Of a DNA stretch of 64,000 bases, positions 46,099 to 55,305 are shown piece by piece (within the stretch, counting starts at the first letter, position 1; every line of letters starts with the position of its first letter). The notes beneath the pieces are model-generated. The model ran no database searches. It had not been told where the DNA came from and saw only the letters and a program-made list of their open reading frames with translations. Position numbers and translations under genes: made by a program. The DNA lies in IMG/VR virus record IMGVR_UViG_3300035053_000267, positions 1 through 64,000 of that record; one strand, given 5' to 3'. Source of the stretch: a virus.

Positions 46099-46746
46099 CT
46101 AATTTAGTTGTTTTTTTAACTTGTTCTGAATCTTCTTCGTCTCTTTTTGAAACCTGGAAAGCATATTGCTTCCTGTCTCTGTACCTTTATAGTGATTATA
46201 CCATTTCATAAACTTGCCAGGTTCTTTTCCTCCATTTATATTTAAAGCATGCTGTTTAAATACCGGCTCAGCTCCTTCGGCATACTGTCTGACCCTATTA
46301 ACATAGTTTAACGTCTCATCAGGCAGTTTTCTGTATTCAGGACTTGTCTTAAAGGCCTTTTGAAAAGGACCGTAATTATACTTTTGCAAGGCTACTTCAG
46401 ACGTATTCTGTTTATCTATGTTAAAAGGAGACTCAGCAGTAAGCCCTCTAAGCCTGTCCACGTACTGAAGTGCTGCTCTGGCCGTCGTAGCGGCATCCCT
46501 GTTATTAGTGACACCATACTGATTTAAAAGCGGATTGCTCATTTGAAACATACCATACCGATTACCTGCTTCATTTAAAGCATTAGTATTCCAGCTACTC
46601 TCAGCTCCACCCATGCCGCCAGCAATAAGTTTAATATCGGAAACAGGGGCATTAGACAGGCCGCGTATCGCGTTATTAATGGCAGCGGTCTGCCCAAGAG
46701 TACGCGGCGTATACTTACTAGAGCCTCTGAATATATTAGTCGGCAT
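46099..46746 (-). CDS. Lytic transglycosylase (SLT-like)
   Basis: AESSWN, YGMFQM, KYNYGP, ETLNYV. Confidence 0.8.
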   Translation of the reverse strand: MPTNIFRGSSKYTPRTLGQTAAINNAIRGLSNAPVSDIKLIAGGMGGAESSWNTNALNEAGNRYGMFQMSNPLLNQYGVTNNRDAATTARAALQYVDRLRGLTAESPFNIDKQNTSEVALQKYNYGPFQKAFKTSPEYRKLPDETLNYVNRVRQYAEGAEPVFKQHALNINGGKEPGKFMKWYNHYKGTETGSNMLSRFQKETKKIQNKLKKQLN

Positions 46747-47111
46747 TATTTATTGAAAAGTTTATTAGCACCGGCCGCCCCTAAAAAAGCACCAAGACTT
46801 GCCGGAGCCCAACCATATCTGACTGGAACAGCCGCACCAAGACCGGCACCGGCAACCGCCCCTAAAAGCGGAGCTACTTTATTATCAGGTTTTTCCTCTA
46901 CCTCTTTTTCCCTGGCATCCATAAGAGCCTTAGCCGCCAGCAACCTGCTGATGCCAGCCGGCTCATGGGGCTCATCAATATACCTACCATAAGGAACAGT
47001 TCTGTTGGAGTCGGTATAACCAGTTACGCGAGGGTACCCATATGAAAAATTTATAACGGGCTGAGGGTGGGCCGTGCCTATATTATTCTGTATGTACGCT
47101 TTCTTATTCAT
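46746..47111 (-). CDS. Gly-zipper putative virion protein
   Basis: GAVAGAGLGA...GAFLGAAG. Confidence 0.55.
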   Translation of the reverse strand: MNKKAYIQNNIGTAHPQPVINFSYGYPRVTGYTDSNRTVPYGRYIDEPHEPAGISRLLAAKALMDAREKEVEEKPDNKVAPLLGAVAGAGLGAAVPVRYGWAPASLGAFLGAAGANKLFNK

Positions 47112-47135
47112 AATTAACCTTTTACCTTATTCCTA

Positions 47136-48497
47136 TTATTCTTCATGCAGCGATATAAAAGACGGAGCTCTCAGCGCCCCGCTGTTAAACACATCCTGAT
47201 AATTAACTCTGGCCTTTCTTCCAATATATGCACTAGGATCGTTGGTCATCATTTCTCTGTCTTCATCAGAAAATCCAGTTCCAACTATGCCCTTTACGGG
47301 TCCTCCCGGCTGAGTACTGTACGCAAATCTGCTGTTCATATCCTTAAATTTACCACTTCCAGTAAGAAGATCTTTTATATATACGTCCATCTCCGGACGG
47401 ATCTTTACCTTAATGGGTTTACCTCCTGAAAAAGGATAAGATATCACACCTTCTCTAGTTCGTAAATTACTTTTATCCAGTATCTTATTCCACAAATTAC
47501 GTTTTTCTTCCCGAGTATATGCATATTCAGGCTCATGTAGCTGATTCCCCATGCCTATGGCTTTAATAAAGTCCTGTATAATGGCTCTGCGCTTATTAAC
47601 CGGCATATCATACCATTTATCGGTATTGGTTATTTCCCCGAAAAGAGCCATGTGAGGCTTTATGCTCTCGACAGCCATTCTTTTTCGTGCGTTTTCCGGC
47701 GTAGAGTTCAGCAAGGCAGATAAAGTACTATGAGGTACAGCTTTATTGTTCTTTGAGGCCCATAATTCACCTACAAACTGTCTGTTCCTGTATTCCGCAG
47801 GAACAGTATCCGGCTGTTTAAACCTGAGACGATCCGTATGAACTATAGGTTTTCCTGACTTATCAGTTCTATAACTCATAATTCTTACACTATCGTTCAT
47901 AACGGATAGAAGAGCCTGTGCTCCATCTATTTTTTCACTTAAAACCGAGTCATTATTAAACAGTTTGTCTATTTCAGCGGCAGAAACCTGTTTATATTTA
48001 GGTTTTTTATAGTCCACGGGCTTATTAGGAGTCGTGTTAACTACAAGCCACGATCCCCCTTGAGTCTGTTTGTCCCTTTTTGACCCACTACCGGCCGTAT
48101 CTTTCATTCTCAGCATAATAAAATACTCGGGGTTCTTTTTATCAGCTGTAAGAAACCTTATATAGTTATTACTGGCATCAGTAATGATAATCTTGCCATC
48201 ACGCTCTTTTTTTACTGTACCTTTACCGTATCCGGACGGTATTTTGCCTTCAAAGTCCTTATACGAATACCCGTGGACTGGTTGCTGATACCAGACTCTT
48301 TTGTCTCCCGGTGCAGGTATCTCCTTCTTTGTAGCGAAGGAATACAGCCCTGTACTTGGCGTACCGAACCTTACATCTCTGTGTTTACCGGCTCGCTGGG
48401 CATCATGTTGCTGCACAACGAAATCAACAGGATTACCTGTAGGTAAATCAGAAAATCTTCCAAACCGTCTATAATTATAAGAAGTCTTAGAAAGCAT
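47136..48497 (-). CDS. LigD 3'-phosphoesterase domain fused to ATP-dependent DNA ligase
   Basis: QQHDA..HRDVRF, H.YSYKDFEGKIPSGYGKGTV; EKIDG, EGVI, VGTGFS, LRAPSF. Confidence 0.85.
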   Translation of the reverse strand: MLSKTSYNYRRFGRFSDLPTGNPVDFVVQQHDAQRAGKHRDVRFGTPSTGLYSFATKKEIPAPGDKRVWYQQPVHGYSYKDFEGKIPSGYGKGTVKKERDGKIIITDASNNYIRFLTADKKNPEYFIMLRMKDTAGSGSKRDKQTQGGSWLVVNTTPNKPVDYKKPKYKQVSAAEIDKLFNNDSVLSEKIDGAQALLSVMNDSVRIMSYRTDKSGKPIVHTDRLRFKQPDTVPAEYRNRQFVGELWASKNNKAVPHSTLSALLNSTPENARKRMAVESIKPHMALFGEITNTDKWYDMPVNKRRAIIQDFIKAIGMGNQLHEPEYAYTREEKRNLWNKILDKSNLRTREGVISYPFSGGKPIKVKIRPEMDVYIKDLLTGSGKFKDMNSRFAYSTQPGGPVKGIVGTGFSDEDREMMTNDPSAYIGRKARVNYQDVFNSGALRAPSFISLHEE

Positions 48498-48553
48498 AAA
48501 AAACCTAGATTTATGCTTTATTATACGTCACCACCGGGATTAAATAAAGGATA

Positions 48554-48769
48554 TTATTTCCTGGATTTTTTTAACTCCTTCTTTAATCTGCATTTAATCA
48601 CCTCAGTAAGAGAAAAACGGCTTTGCATCCATTGATTCCACGTTATCTCTAAAGAAAGGCGCTCATCTGTATCTAAAAAATCAGCGAAGACACATATAAC
48701 CTCGCCTACCAGGCTGACACCTATATTAGATGCACCTAAATCATGTTTTAATTTAAATAGATCTTCCAT
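48554..48769 (-). CDS. Hypothetical protein
   Basis: Packed ORF. Confidence 0.5.
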   Translation of the reverse strand: MEDLFKLKHDLGASNIGVSLVGEVICVFADFLDTDERLSLEITWNQWMQSRFSLTEVIKCRLKKELKKSRK

Positions 48770-49076
48770 GTCTAAACAAGTGTCTCGATTTGAAAAACGA
48801 TATCCATTGGTTGCGTGACAAGCAGGCCGTTAATAGAGCTCCATTTTTGTACACTCTACAGACTGCTTCTCCATAAACAGTATCGCGCTCTTTCATAATA
48901 TAATAGATATTGCCAAACGGATCAGCCCACATCCCATGCTGCTCAACATTAGTGCCTCTAGAAAACAGATGAGCCACATGACCTGCACATATATTAAAAA
49001 AATTCACAACCATAAAAGAACAACATAAGCCTATCATAACAAGACAGGGAACACACAGCAAATAATACATATTCAT
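48753..49076 (-). CDS. Hypothetical membrane protein
   Basis: Hydrophobic N-terminus. Confidence 0.5.
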   Translation of the reverse strand: MNMYYLLCVPCLVMIGLCCSFMVVNFFNICAGHVAHLFSRGTNVEQHGMWADPFGNIYYIMKERDTVYGEAVCRVYKNGALLTACLSRNQWISFFKSRHLFRHGRSI

Positions 49077-49086
49077 TACAATCTCG

Positions 49087-49464
49087 TTAAAGCATTATAG
49101 TTGACTTCTTCTTTTTAGAGTATTTTTTTCTAGATGCTTTTTTTCTTAAAACCTTGTCGGCTGCTTTTACTGACTTAGTACTCTCTTTATCTTTAGTGTT
49201 CTCAGTTTTTACAGGCTTACTCTTTTTAACTTTAAACTTAATGGCCGCTCCATCGCCGTACACTATATCCTTTTTCAAAAGGGAATACCTGAGATCCCCT
49301 CTCCTGTCATAGGGCTTAACATTAGCTCTTATAGGCATCCCATTGCGTACAGCAATATCAGCTTCAATATCTTTAAGAAGTTCACCAAACTGATAGGCAA
49401 CATCGCAGTCTGTAAAAGGACACGTTGGGTTCATTTCAATTACTAAATTCAAAAAATGTTTCAT
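49087..49464 (-). CDS. Hypothetical protein with Lys-rich tail
   Basis: Basic C-terminus. Confidence 0.55.
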   Translation of the reverse strand: MKHFLNLVIEMNPTCPFTDCDVAYQFGELLKDIEADIAVRNGMPIRANVKPYDRRGDLRYSLLKKDIVYGDGAAIKFKVKKSKPVKTENTKDKESTKSVKAADKVLRKKASRKKYSKKKKSTIML

Positions 49465-49715
49465 AGGTCAAACTCATAAATCCTTTCAGAATTAAGCAGT
49501 AAACTTTTAACTCCATCTTCCGTAATATTATTAAAATAAAAAACCGTAGTCTTCCTGGATATGTTAGTAGTGGAAAGAACATCATACAGTTTGTCTATTT
49601 TTTCATTCTGTTTTTTTATGTGATCCATTATATACAGGGTACTGACCGATGCGCTTGGCGTAGTACACCCGAAACATAAAATAAAAATCAATACTATAAA
49701 GTTTTTGATATGCAT
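49461..49715 (-). CDS. Putative lipoprotein
   Basis: LILCFGC lipobox-like segment; AGGAG RBS. Confidence 0.5.
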   Translation of the reverse strand: MHIKNFIVLIFILCFGCTTPSASVSTLYIMDHIKKQNEKIDKLYDVLSTTNISRKTTVFYFNNITEDGVKSLLLNSERIYEFDL

Positions 49716-49736
49716 ATCAAACTCCTTTTTTAAGTG

Positions 49737-49813
49737 TGGTCGGAGAGGCAGGATTTGAACCTGCGACTTCGTGGTCCCAAACCACGCGTACTGCCAAACT
49801 GTACTACTCTCCG
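49737..49813 (-). tRNA. tRNA-Pro(TGG)
   Basis: Full cloverleaf; CGTGG-TTTGGGA-CCACG anticodon arm; GTTCAAATC; encoded CCA. Confidence 0.93.
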
Positions 49814-49821
49814 ATTCATAG

Positions 49822-49895
49822 TGGGCCCGGCAGGATTTGAACCTGCGACCAGAGAATTATGAGTTCCCTGCTCTAACCAGCTGAGCTACAGGCCC
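49822..49895 (-). tRNA. tRNA with CAT anticodon (Ile2 or Met)
   Basis: GGGCCTGTAGCTCAGCTGGTTAGAGC, loop CTCATAA, GTTCAAATC; no encoded CCA. Confidence 0.9.
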
Positions 49896-49921
49896 GAACA
49901 AATAACAAACTGAGTTCATTA

Positions 49922-49951
49922 TATTATGCCACTAGCATCCTTTTGGTTTAA
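49922..49951 (-). promoter_or_regulatory. Putative phage promoter for the tRNAs
   Basis: TTAAAC-17-CATAAT, with AGTGG. Confidence 0.55.
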
Positions 49952-50682
49952 GATTAACCTTTTTTTCCATCCTGGAAAGATCAGGACGCATACCAATAAA
50001 ACGACCAATATACTCTAAACACCTGGCATCTGTCAACTCAGCAAAAGCTACTTCTAATGTATTATCAGGATAAAGCTTTTTGAATCTCTCCCACTGGCTT
50101 CTGGTTTCCTCCCAATAAAACTCCAGAAAAAATCTAAGTTTATCGAAATCCGGTCTGCCATCAGTGTACAATGAAAAACCATCTATATTTATTCTATTCA
50201 AAACACACCGATCAGTAGGATCAAAAAATGACCGCTGACGCAGCCCTTTTAAAAAAAGACCTGAAATGCTTTGATCCCCTTCTTTTAAGACGGAGCCTGT
50301 GCCTTTTAAGAAAAGAATTAACTGTATCTTCTTTAGGCCTTTCTATATAAATCACTTTATAATCCATATCAGACATTTTAGGCAGAGCCCAGCATGTCCA
50401 CTTCATTTTAAGATCAGTTACAAAAACCCTACCAGCCTCTCCAACTCTAGATACAATCGAGTTAACAGTACGTCTCTGTAAATCAAAAGCCTCATTAGAA
50501 TCAAGATCATTAAGTTTTTTCAGCTTAGAAATATAAAACAGTTTAGACCTCATATTCTCGTGAAAAGTGACCCCATCTTCTGTTTTAAATACTCTGGTTT
50601 TACTCCACGCGCCGTGACCAAAACAGGACGACAGAAACGCAGTCCCCGTTCTTCCAGTTGTGAACAAACAATTAATCTGCAT
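49932..50682 (-). pseudogene. Sulfotransferase-like P-loop gene split by a 1-nt frameshift
   Basis: TTGRTGT, FHE, IYIER..DTVNSF; removing one base from the run at 50247-50257 joins both ORFs. Confidence 0.55.
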
Positions 50683-50807
50683 AAAACACCTCACATATAG
50701 TTTAAAGCACCACAAAAAAAAAGAGCAAGGACGCTTCATCCCTACTCTTTAATGCCAATAGCTTGTCTGCCTACAGCCAACGAGCAGACAGCAAAAAGCG
50801 AAATTTA

Positions 50808-51479
50808 TTAAATACGAGGCCCGTACTCAGGCTGAGGAGCGCCCAGATTTGACCTCCGTCTCCCAACGGGACCAACAGGAGCCGTACGAACCCCATACTC
50901 ACGCTGCGGGTTAATCAAGTTTGCCGCCCGACTCCCAATAGTCTCGAAAAGAGGATCATTAAGATAATTATGCCAAAAGCTCGTAGGCAAACCGGGCTCG
51001 TCCGACCTCCAATCTATTCTTTTAAACAGATTAGCAGCAGAATACGGATTAAGCTTTGGATCGTTCACAATCTGTGAGAACGCAGATACATCATTGTTAT
51101 CTTTTTTAACTGGAGTGTCATCTTTTTTAACTGGAGTGCCATACTCATTAAAACCATAACCAGCTATAGCTCCAAGAGCGGCCCCAGGCCCAACTCCTTC
51201 ACTAAATCTACCCTTAAGCAGTCCCTGATTAAACAGACCTCCGCCTACACCCCCTATGCCGGCACCAACAGTCGTAGAGAGTAGCTTTCTTTGAACTTCA
51301 GGATCACTAAAATACTCTTTAATAGACTGAACTATACTTTTAGTACTCTCTTTAATGCCATCTGCATTCTCAGCTACACCAGCAGCTTTAAACATATCTA
51401 CAATATCATTAGAAGCGGATTTAGACAGTCCAGCTTCTTTACAGTACCCTATTAATCCTTGTTCAAATGGTGTGCTCAT
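50808..51479 (-). CDS. Gly-zipper K-x-A putative virion protein
   Basis: Paralogous to 51486..51971 (FEQG..YCKEAGL, YFSDPE). Confidence 0.65.
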   Translation of the reverse strand: MSTPFEQGLIGYCKEAGLSKSASNDIVDMFKAAGVAENADGIKESTKSIVQSIKEYFSDPEVQRKLLSTTVGAGIGGVGGGLFNQGLLKGRFSEGVGPGAALGAIAGYGFNEYGTPVKKDDTPVKKDNNDVSAFSQIVNDPKLNPYSAANLFKRIDWRSDEPGLPTSFWHNYLNDPLFETIGSRAANLINPQREYGVRTAPVGPVGRRRSNLGAPQPEYGPRI

Positions 51480-51485
51480 GACTAT

Positions 51486-51971
51486 TTAATTCCAATCTAT
51501 TCTATTATACAAATTTTCAGAAGAATACGGATAGTAAGGAATCCATGGATTAGATTTAGCCGCACTTTGATAAGTCGGCACTTTAGGGCGGCTATACGTA
51601 TCCAATATCTCTTCCTGACGATCAATATTTTCTACTCTATCTTTTGACCCAGTGCTTTTTCCAGCCTGCATTATTTTCGGCCAGTAATAACCACCAAGAC
51701 CACCAAGGCCTCCACCTAAAGCTGCGCCACGCCAGAAAGAGCCACCACGTAGCATATTAGCTAAACCCATTCCACCGCCACCTAAGGCTACACCTGTAAG
51801 TGTTCTGGAAAGCATTTTCTGATTCTCTGGATCGTTAAGATAATTCGATACAGAGTTTAAAAACCCACCTTCTTCAGCTTGTTTTACTAATTGAACGACT
51901 AGCTCAGAGTCTTGTTCGTTTAAATTAGCTTCTTTACAAAACTCTCTAGCACCTTTTTCAATAGCATTCAT
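51486..51971 (-). CDS. Gly-zipper K-x-A putative virion protein
   Basis: GAALGGGLGGLGG; VKQAE. Confidence 0.65.
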   Translation of the reverse strand: MNAIEKGAREFCKEANLNEQDSELVVQLVKQAEEGGFLNSVSNYLNDPENQKMLSRTLTGVALGGGGMGLANMLRGGSFWRGAALGGGLGGLGGYYWPKIMQAGKSTGSKDRVENIDRQEEILDTYSRPKVPTYQSAAKSNPWIPYYPYSSENLYNRIDWN

Positions 51972-52001
51972 TGGATCGCCTTTTTTACATGTACTGTACT
52001 G

Positions 52002-52220
52002 CTACAGTTTAATACTTTGAACTTCAGGAATTTTATTATACCCTAAAATGTTTAAAATGTCATTAAATCCTTTTTCTCCAGCAGTTTTAAACCAGACGGC
52101 GTCATTTACTTTCATTCCAACCGCAATAGGTTCTCCACTATCTAGTGCCACTATCACATTATTAGCTCCACTTAAAACTACAGGCTCCTTATTACCGCTA
52201 GTTTGAGAAAAAATAATCAT
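52002..52220 (-). CDS. Hypothetical protein
   Basis: Coupled ORF. Confidence 0.6.
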   Translation of the reverse strand: MIIFSQTSGNKEPVVLSGANNVIVALDSGEPIAVGMKVNDAVWFKTAGEKGFNDILNILGYNKIPEVQSIKL

Positions 52221-52885
52221 TGTGACAGCTTCTTAAGAGCATTCGCCAGTTTATATGCCGCAGGCTTTATATTCTGACCTTGCGAAGCTCCATAAATAGC
52301 CTGATTGGCCCCTGGACCAAGCGGGCCGGCAGTTGCCGGCATCCCCGCAGAGGGGTCTCCAACTGAACCAGCACCCATGCCAAACCCCTGAGCGGCACCA
52401 GGCACTGCGCCAGCCTGTTCGGAAGGAGAAGGAGTCATCTCAGTCAACAAAGCTTCAAACATACCAGCGATATCAGATACAGCCTGCTCAAGAGACTGCA
52501 GTCTCTGTTCAATCTGTTTATCACCTTCAGATCCTGAAGAATTATTCTGTTTTTTGTCTTCATCCTTGTTTCCGGACTCGGACATAACTTCACGCACCGC
52601 ACTGACAACATCATCATATGTCAACGCAGAAGAGGGAGGCTCCGGAGAGGGACCAGGCCCCGGAGGCAAGGGCTCGGCAGAGGGGGTGGAGCCTCCCATA
52701 GCACCAAAAGAATCAACAGGCATTGCAGCAGGATCAGCAGACATCATAGCAGCCTCCGGTGGGACGGGGCCAGCAGGTGACGCCATAGGCGGCGCTCCCT
52801 GAGCTTCTGGAAGCATAGGTACAAAAGAATGCTTATCCATACCTTGCAAAGAATCAATAACTAAATCAAAAAGTTGTTTATTCAT
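52217..52885 (-). CDS. Pro/Ala/Met-rich hypothetical protein
   Basis: Low-complexity ORF. Confidence 0.65.
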   Translation of the reverse strand: MNKQLFDLVIDSLQGMDKHSFVPMLPEAQGAPPMASPAGPVPPEAAMMSADPAAMPVDSFGAMGGSTPSAEPLPPGPGPSPEPPSSALTYDDVVSAVREVMSESGNKDEDKKQNNSSGSEGDKQIEQRLQSLEQAVSDIAGMFEALLTEMTPSPSEQAGAVPGAAQGFGMGAGSVGDPSAGMPATAGPLGPGANQAIYGASQGQNIKPAAYKLANALKKLSQ

Positions 52886-52922
52886 ACCATTTATTTTACG
52901 AAAATCGAACGGGCTCCTCTCT

Positions 52923-53324
52923 TTAACCCAGTGAGTTGGCCAACTTGTTAAAGGCCTTAACTGCTTTCTTTTTTAATACAAACTTTGTAATGAGTTTATC
53001 AGCAACAGCCTTCTTATCGACACTGTTTTCCTCCTGATCGCCGTCATCTTCTTCATCAGATTCTTTAGACTGAGCCTGATCACACTCAGCTTTCTTTTCT
53101 ACATCCTCATCATCAGTTGATTGGGTGTCCGGATCGCTGCGCTCTTCTTCCTTGGGGGTCTCAGTATTTTCAACGCTGCCTTCAGAGTTTTCAACGGTTT
53201 TGTCAATTTTAATGCCCTCATCTTCAGCAGCCTGTATTACCTCTTTTTTCAGGTCATCACCTTCAGCTGCCGACTTATGGACAGTATCATTACTAGGATT
53301 CTCATACACATAAATAGAAGTCAT
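52923..53324 (-). CDS. Acidic K-x-A protein
   Basis: HKSA, EKKA, DKKA. Confidence 0.65.
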   Translation of the reverse strand: MTSIYVYENPSNDTVHKSAAEGDDLKKEVIQAAEDEGIKIDKTVENSEGSVENTETPKEEERSDPDTQSTDDEDVEKKAECDQAQSKESDEEDDGDQEENSVDKKAVADKLITKFVLKKKAVKAFNKLANSLG

Positions 53325-53366
53325 AACATGATCCGTTAGCTAGAGTTAGATTCAAATTATGGTAAT

Positions 53367-53396
53367 AATTATCACACATTAGAAGGGCGTAGTCAA
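53367..53396 (-). promoter_or_regulatory. Sigma70-like promoter
   Basis: TTGACT-17-GATAAT. Confidence 0.45.
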
Positions 53397-53408
53397 CCAC
53401 TAAAACAT

Positions 53409-53438
53409 AAAAAGAGGGCCAATTTACGCCCTCTTTTT
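53409..53438. terminator. Intrinsic terminator
   Basis: AAAAAGAGGGC...GCCCTCTTTTT. Confidence 0.6.
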
Positions 53439-53443
53439 AACGT

Positions 53444-54328
53444 TCACTGAATTACTGCTTTATTTATAAGGTCCATAATGTCAGACTCTTTGAGCATTTT
53501 AGTAGTTTTGGCCAAAGATCCATCATCGGACACCCAACTTACAGCGTCTTGTTGCCTCACTTGTGTAAAGTTTAAAACATCTGTTCCGTCGTTAAAGTCT
53601 ACACAAAACAAACTTAAACCAGAACCACGCGGATCAGGTGCCACCGTTATGGCAACGCTCGGATGGTTATAACAGTACACCCTCAGGCCCCGCTCTACGC
53701 GGTTAGCCATTGTAATGACTGCTTTAAACTTACCAGACGGAGTGTCAAACGTCCGCAGACTGGAGAACTCCTCGACTTCATTCGATTCCACGCCAGCCTG
53801 CACTATAGTCTTAACAATAGTGCCCCCTATTTCTTTCATAAGTTCCAATAAAGGAACCTTGGAGGTACCTAAAGTCGCGTCAGTCCGTATACTTGTAAGC
53901 TCCCCAAACCTGTGTATTAAGGCCTCCGCTATGGGGTCACTATAAACCAGGTGCCTGGGAATCCCCAGATATTCAGATCCGGACCATACTCCTTTATTGT
54001 CCAAAACAGCACAAAATTTTACCCAGTTGAACGCCGCCTTAGCTGTACCCAGTAAGTGATAATAATTCAGAACCAGAGAAAATGCAGAGATCTCAGGGCT
54101 ATTCAGCTGGTGATGATCAAAATTATGAGTCAGCGGGCAATGTACGCCCCCAACATCGACAACCCATTTGTCTCTGTCATCAAGCATATGAGTAGTTACT
54201 CCATTGGAAGAAACTCTCTGTACCTGTTCAACATTCTCCTGAGATGCTATAATGCAGCATGCCAGAAACTCGTCAAAATGCGCACCACCAGTGTGTGTTA
54301 TAATTTTCATAATAAGTATTTTTTGCAA
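53444..54328 (-). CDS. MYG1-family (DHH-like) exonuclease
   Basis: ITHTGGAHFDEFLAC, VDVGG, FDHHQ. Confidence 0.8.
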   Translation of the reverse strand: MQKILIMKIITHTGGAHFDEFLACCIIASQENVEQVQRVSSNGVTTHMLDDRDKWVVDVGGVHCPLTHNFDHHQLNSPEISAFSLVLNYYHLLGTAKAAFNWVKFCAVLDNKGVWSGSEYLGIPRHLVYSDPIAEALIHRFGELTSIRTDATLGTSKVPLLELMKEIGGTIVKTIVQAGVESNEVEEFSSLRTFDTPSGKFKAVITMANRVERGLRVYCYNHPSVAITVAPDPRGSGLSLFCVDFNDGTDVLNFTQVRQQDAVSWVSDDGSLAKTTKMLKESDIMDLINKAVIQ

Positions 54329-54444
54329 TCTTTATAAACTGCAAGGACGCCTCTCTTCGCCCGTTTAGTGCCGACCTTCCTCTTAACAAAAAACAGCAAA
54401 CCGCAGCTGAATAAAATTAAGAGCGTACAATATATTATTCCTAT

Positions 54445-55101
54445 TTACTGGAAATAATGAAGCTTAAATATATCGTATTTTCTGGTAAGATACGGCACTC
54501 CATCACTATTAGAATACAGCCATGCCAGAACAATCTGTTTAGACTTCTTACCAACACACAATGAATCTGTGTACTCCCCGACAGACCTTATCTTAAAATC
54601 TGAAGCAACGTCCGCAGACGTAAACTCATTAAACACAGCCATGACCTCTTTGATAAATAAAGGCCGGCCCAATAAAGACATGTAATACCTATTTACACTT
54701 CCATCTCCGTCCATATATCCTAGAATAAACTTTTTACAGGGATCGGCGTAGGTCCTTATGTGCTCAGGAAAAGTATAATTATACGTTTTTCTAGGAATTA
54801 TATTAAATTTTCTTAAATCCTTAGAGATCTGATAAGAAGTAAATCTCAATCGGCATACATGGCACTCAGTGCCTTTAACTGTACGACAATAATCCTCCAC
54901 CTCATTTTCAGCCTGCACAAAATCTCTGAATTTAAGAAGATGATCAAAATCAGCATAAGCCAGCTCAAGACCGATCCTGGACTTTTTGGATACAGTCCCG
55001 TCGGCCGCTAAAAACCCGGCCCAATATAACGCCTCTTCAGTATAAGGATAACTGAAGACGTTTTCTTTTACGTAACCTCTTTTTGACATTCTTTGATGCA
55101 A
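54445..55101 (-). CDS. Free-standing LAGLIDADG homing endonuclease
   Basis: YWAGFLAADG and FILGYMDGDG. Confidence 0.85.
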   Translation of the reverse strand: MHQRMSKRGYVKENVFSYPYTEEALYWAGFLAADGTVSKKSRIGLELAYADFDHLLKFRDFVQAENEVEDYCRTVKGTECHVCRLRFTSYQISKDLRKFNIIPRKTYNYTFPEHIRTYADPCKKFILGYMDGDGSVNRYYMSLLGRPLFIKEVMAVFNEFTSADVASDFKIRSVGEYTDSLCVGKKSKQIVLAWLYSNSDGVPYLTRKYDIFKLHYFQ

Positions 55102-55298
55102 TCCATGAGGTTTCTAGCCAGACGTTGCTGCTGCGTAACATGCTCCTCTATGGCTTTGATAAACAGAGAAGACCTGGAATCCAAATTAACATCATGATCA
55201 TGAATAATATCAGCCATATGACGAAGCATATAAGCCACATTAAACATATCTACATATATGGTTACCAGGTCGCGATAGTTACAAGCCATAATCCACAC
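55068..55298 (-). CDS. Small hypothetical protein
   Basis: ORF; likely start MACNY. Confidence 0.45.
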   Translation of the reverse strand: MWIMACNYRDLVTIYVDMFNVAYMLRHMADIIHDHDVNLDSRSSLFIKAIEEHVTQQQRLARNLMDCIKECQKEVT

Positions 55299-55305
55299 CT
55301 ATTAG

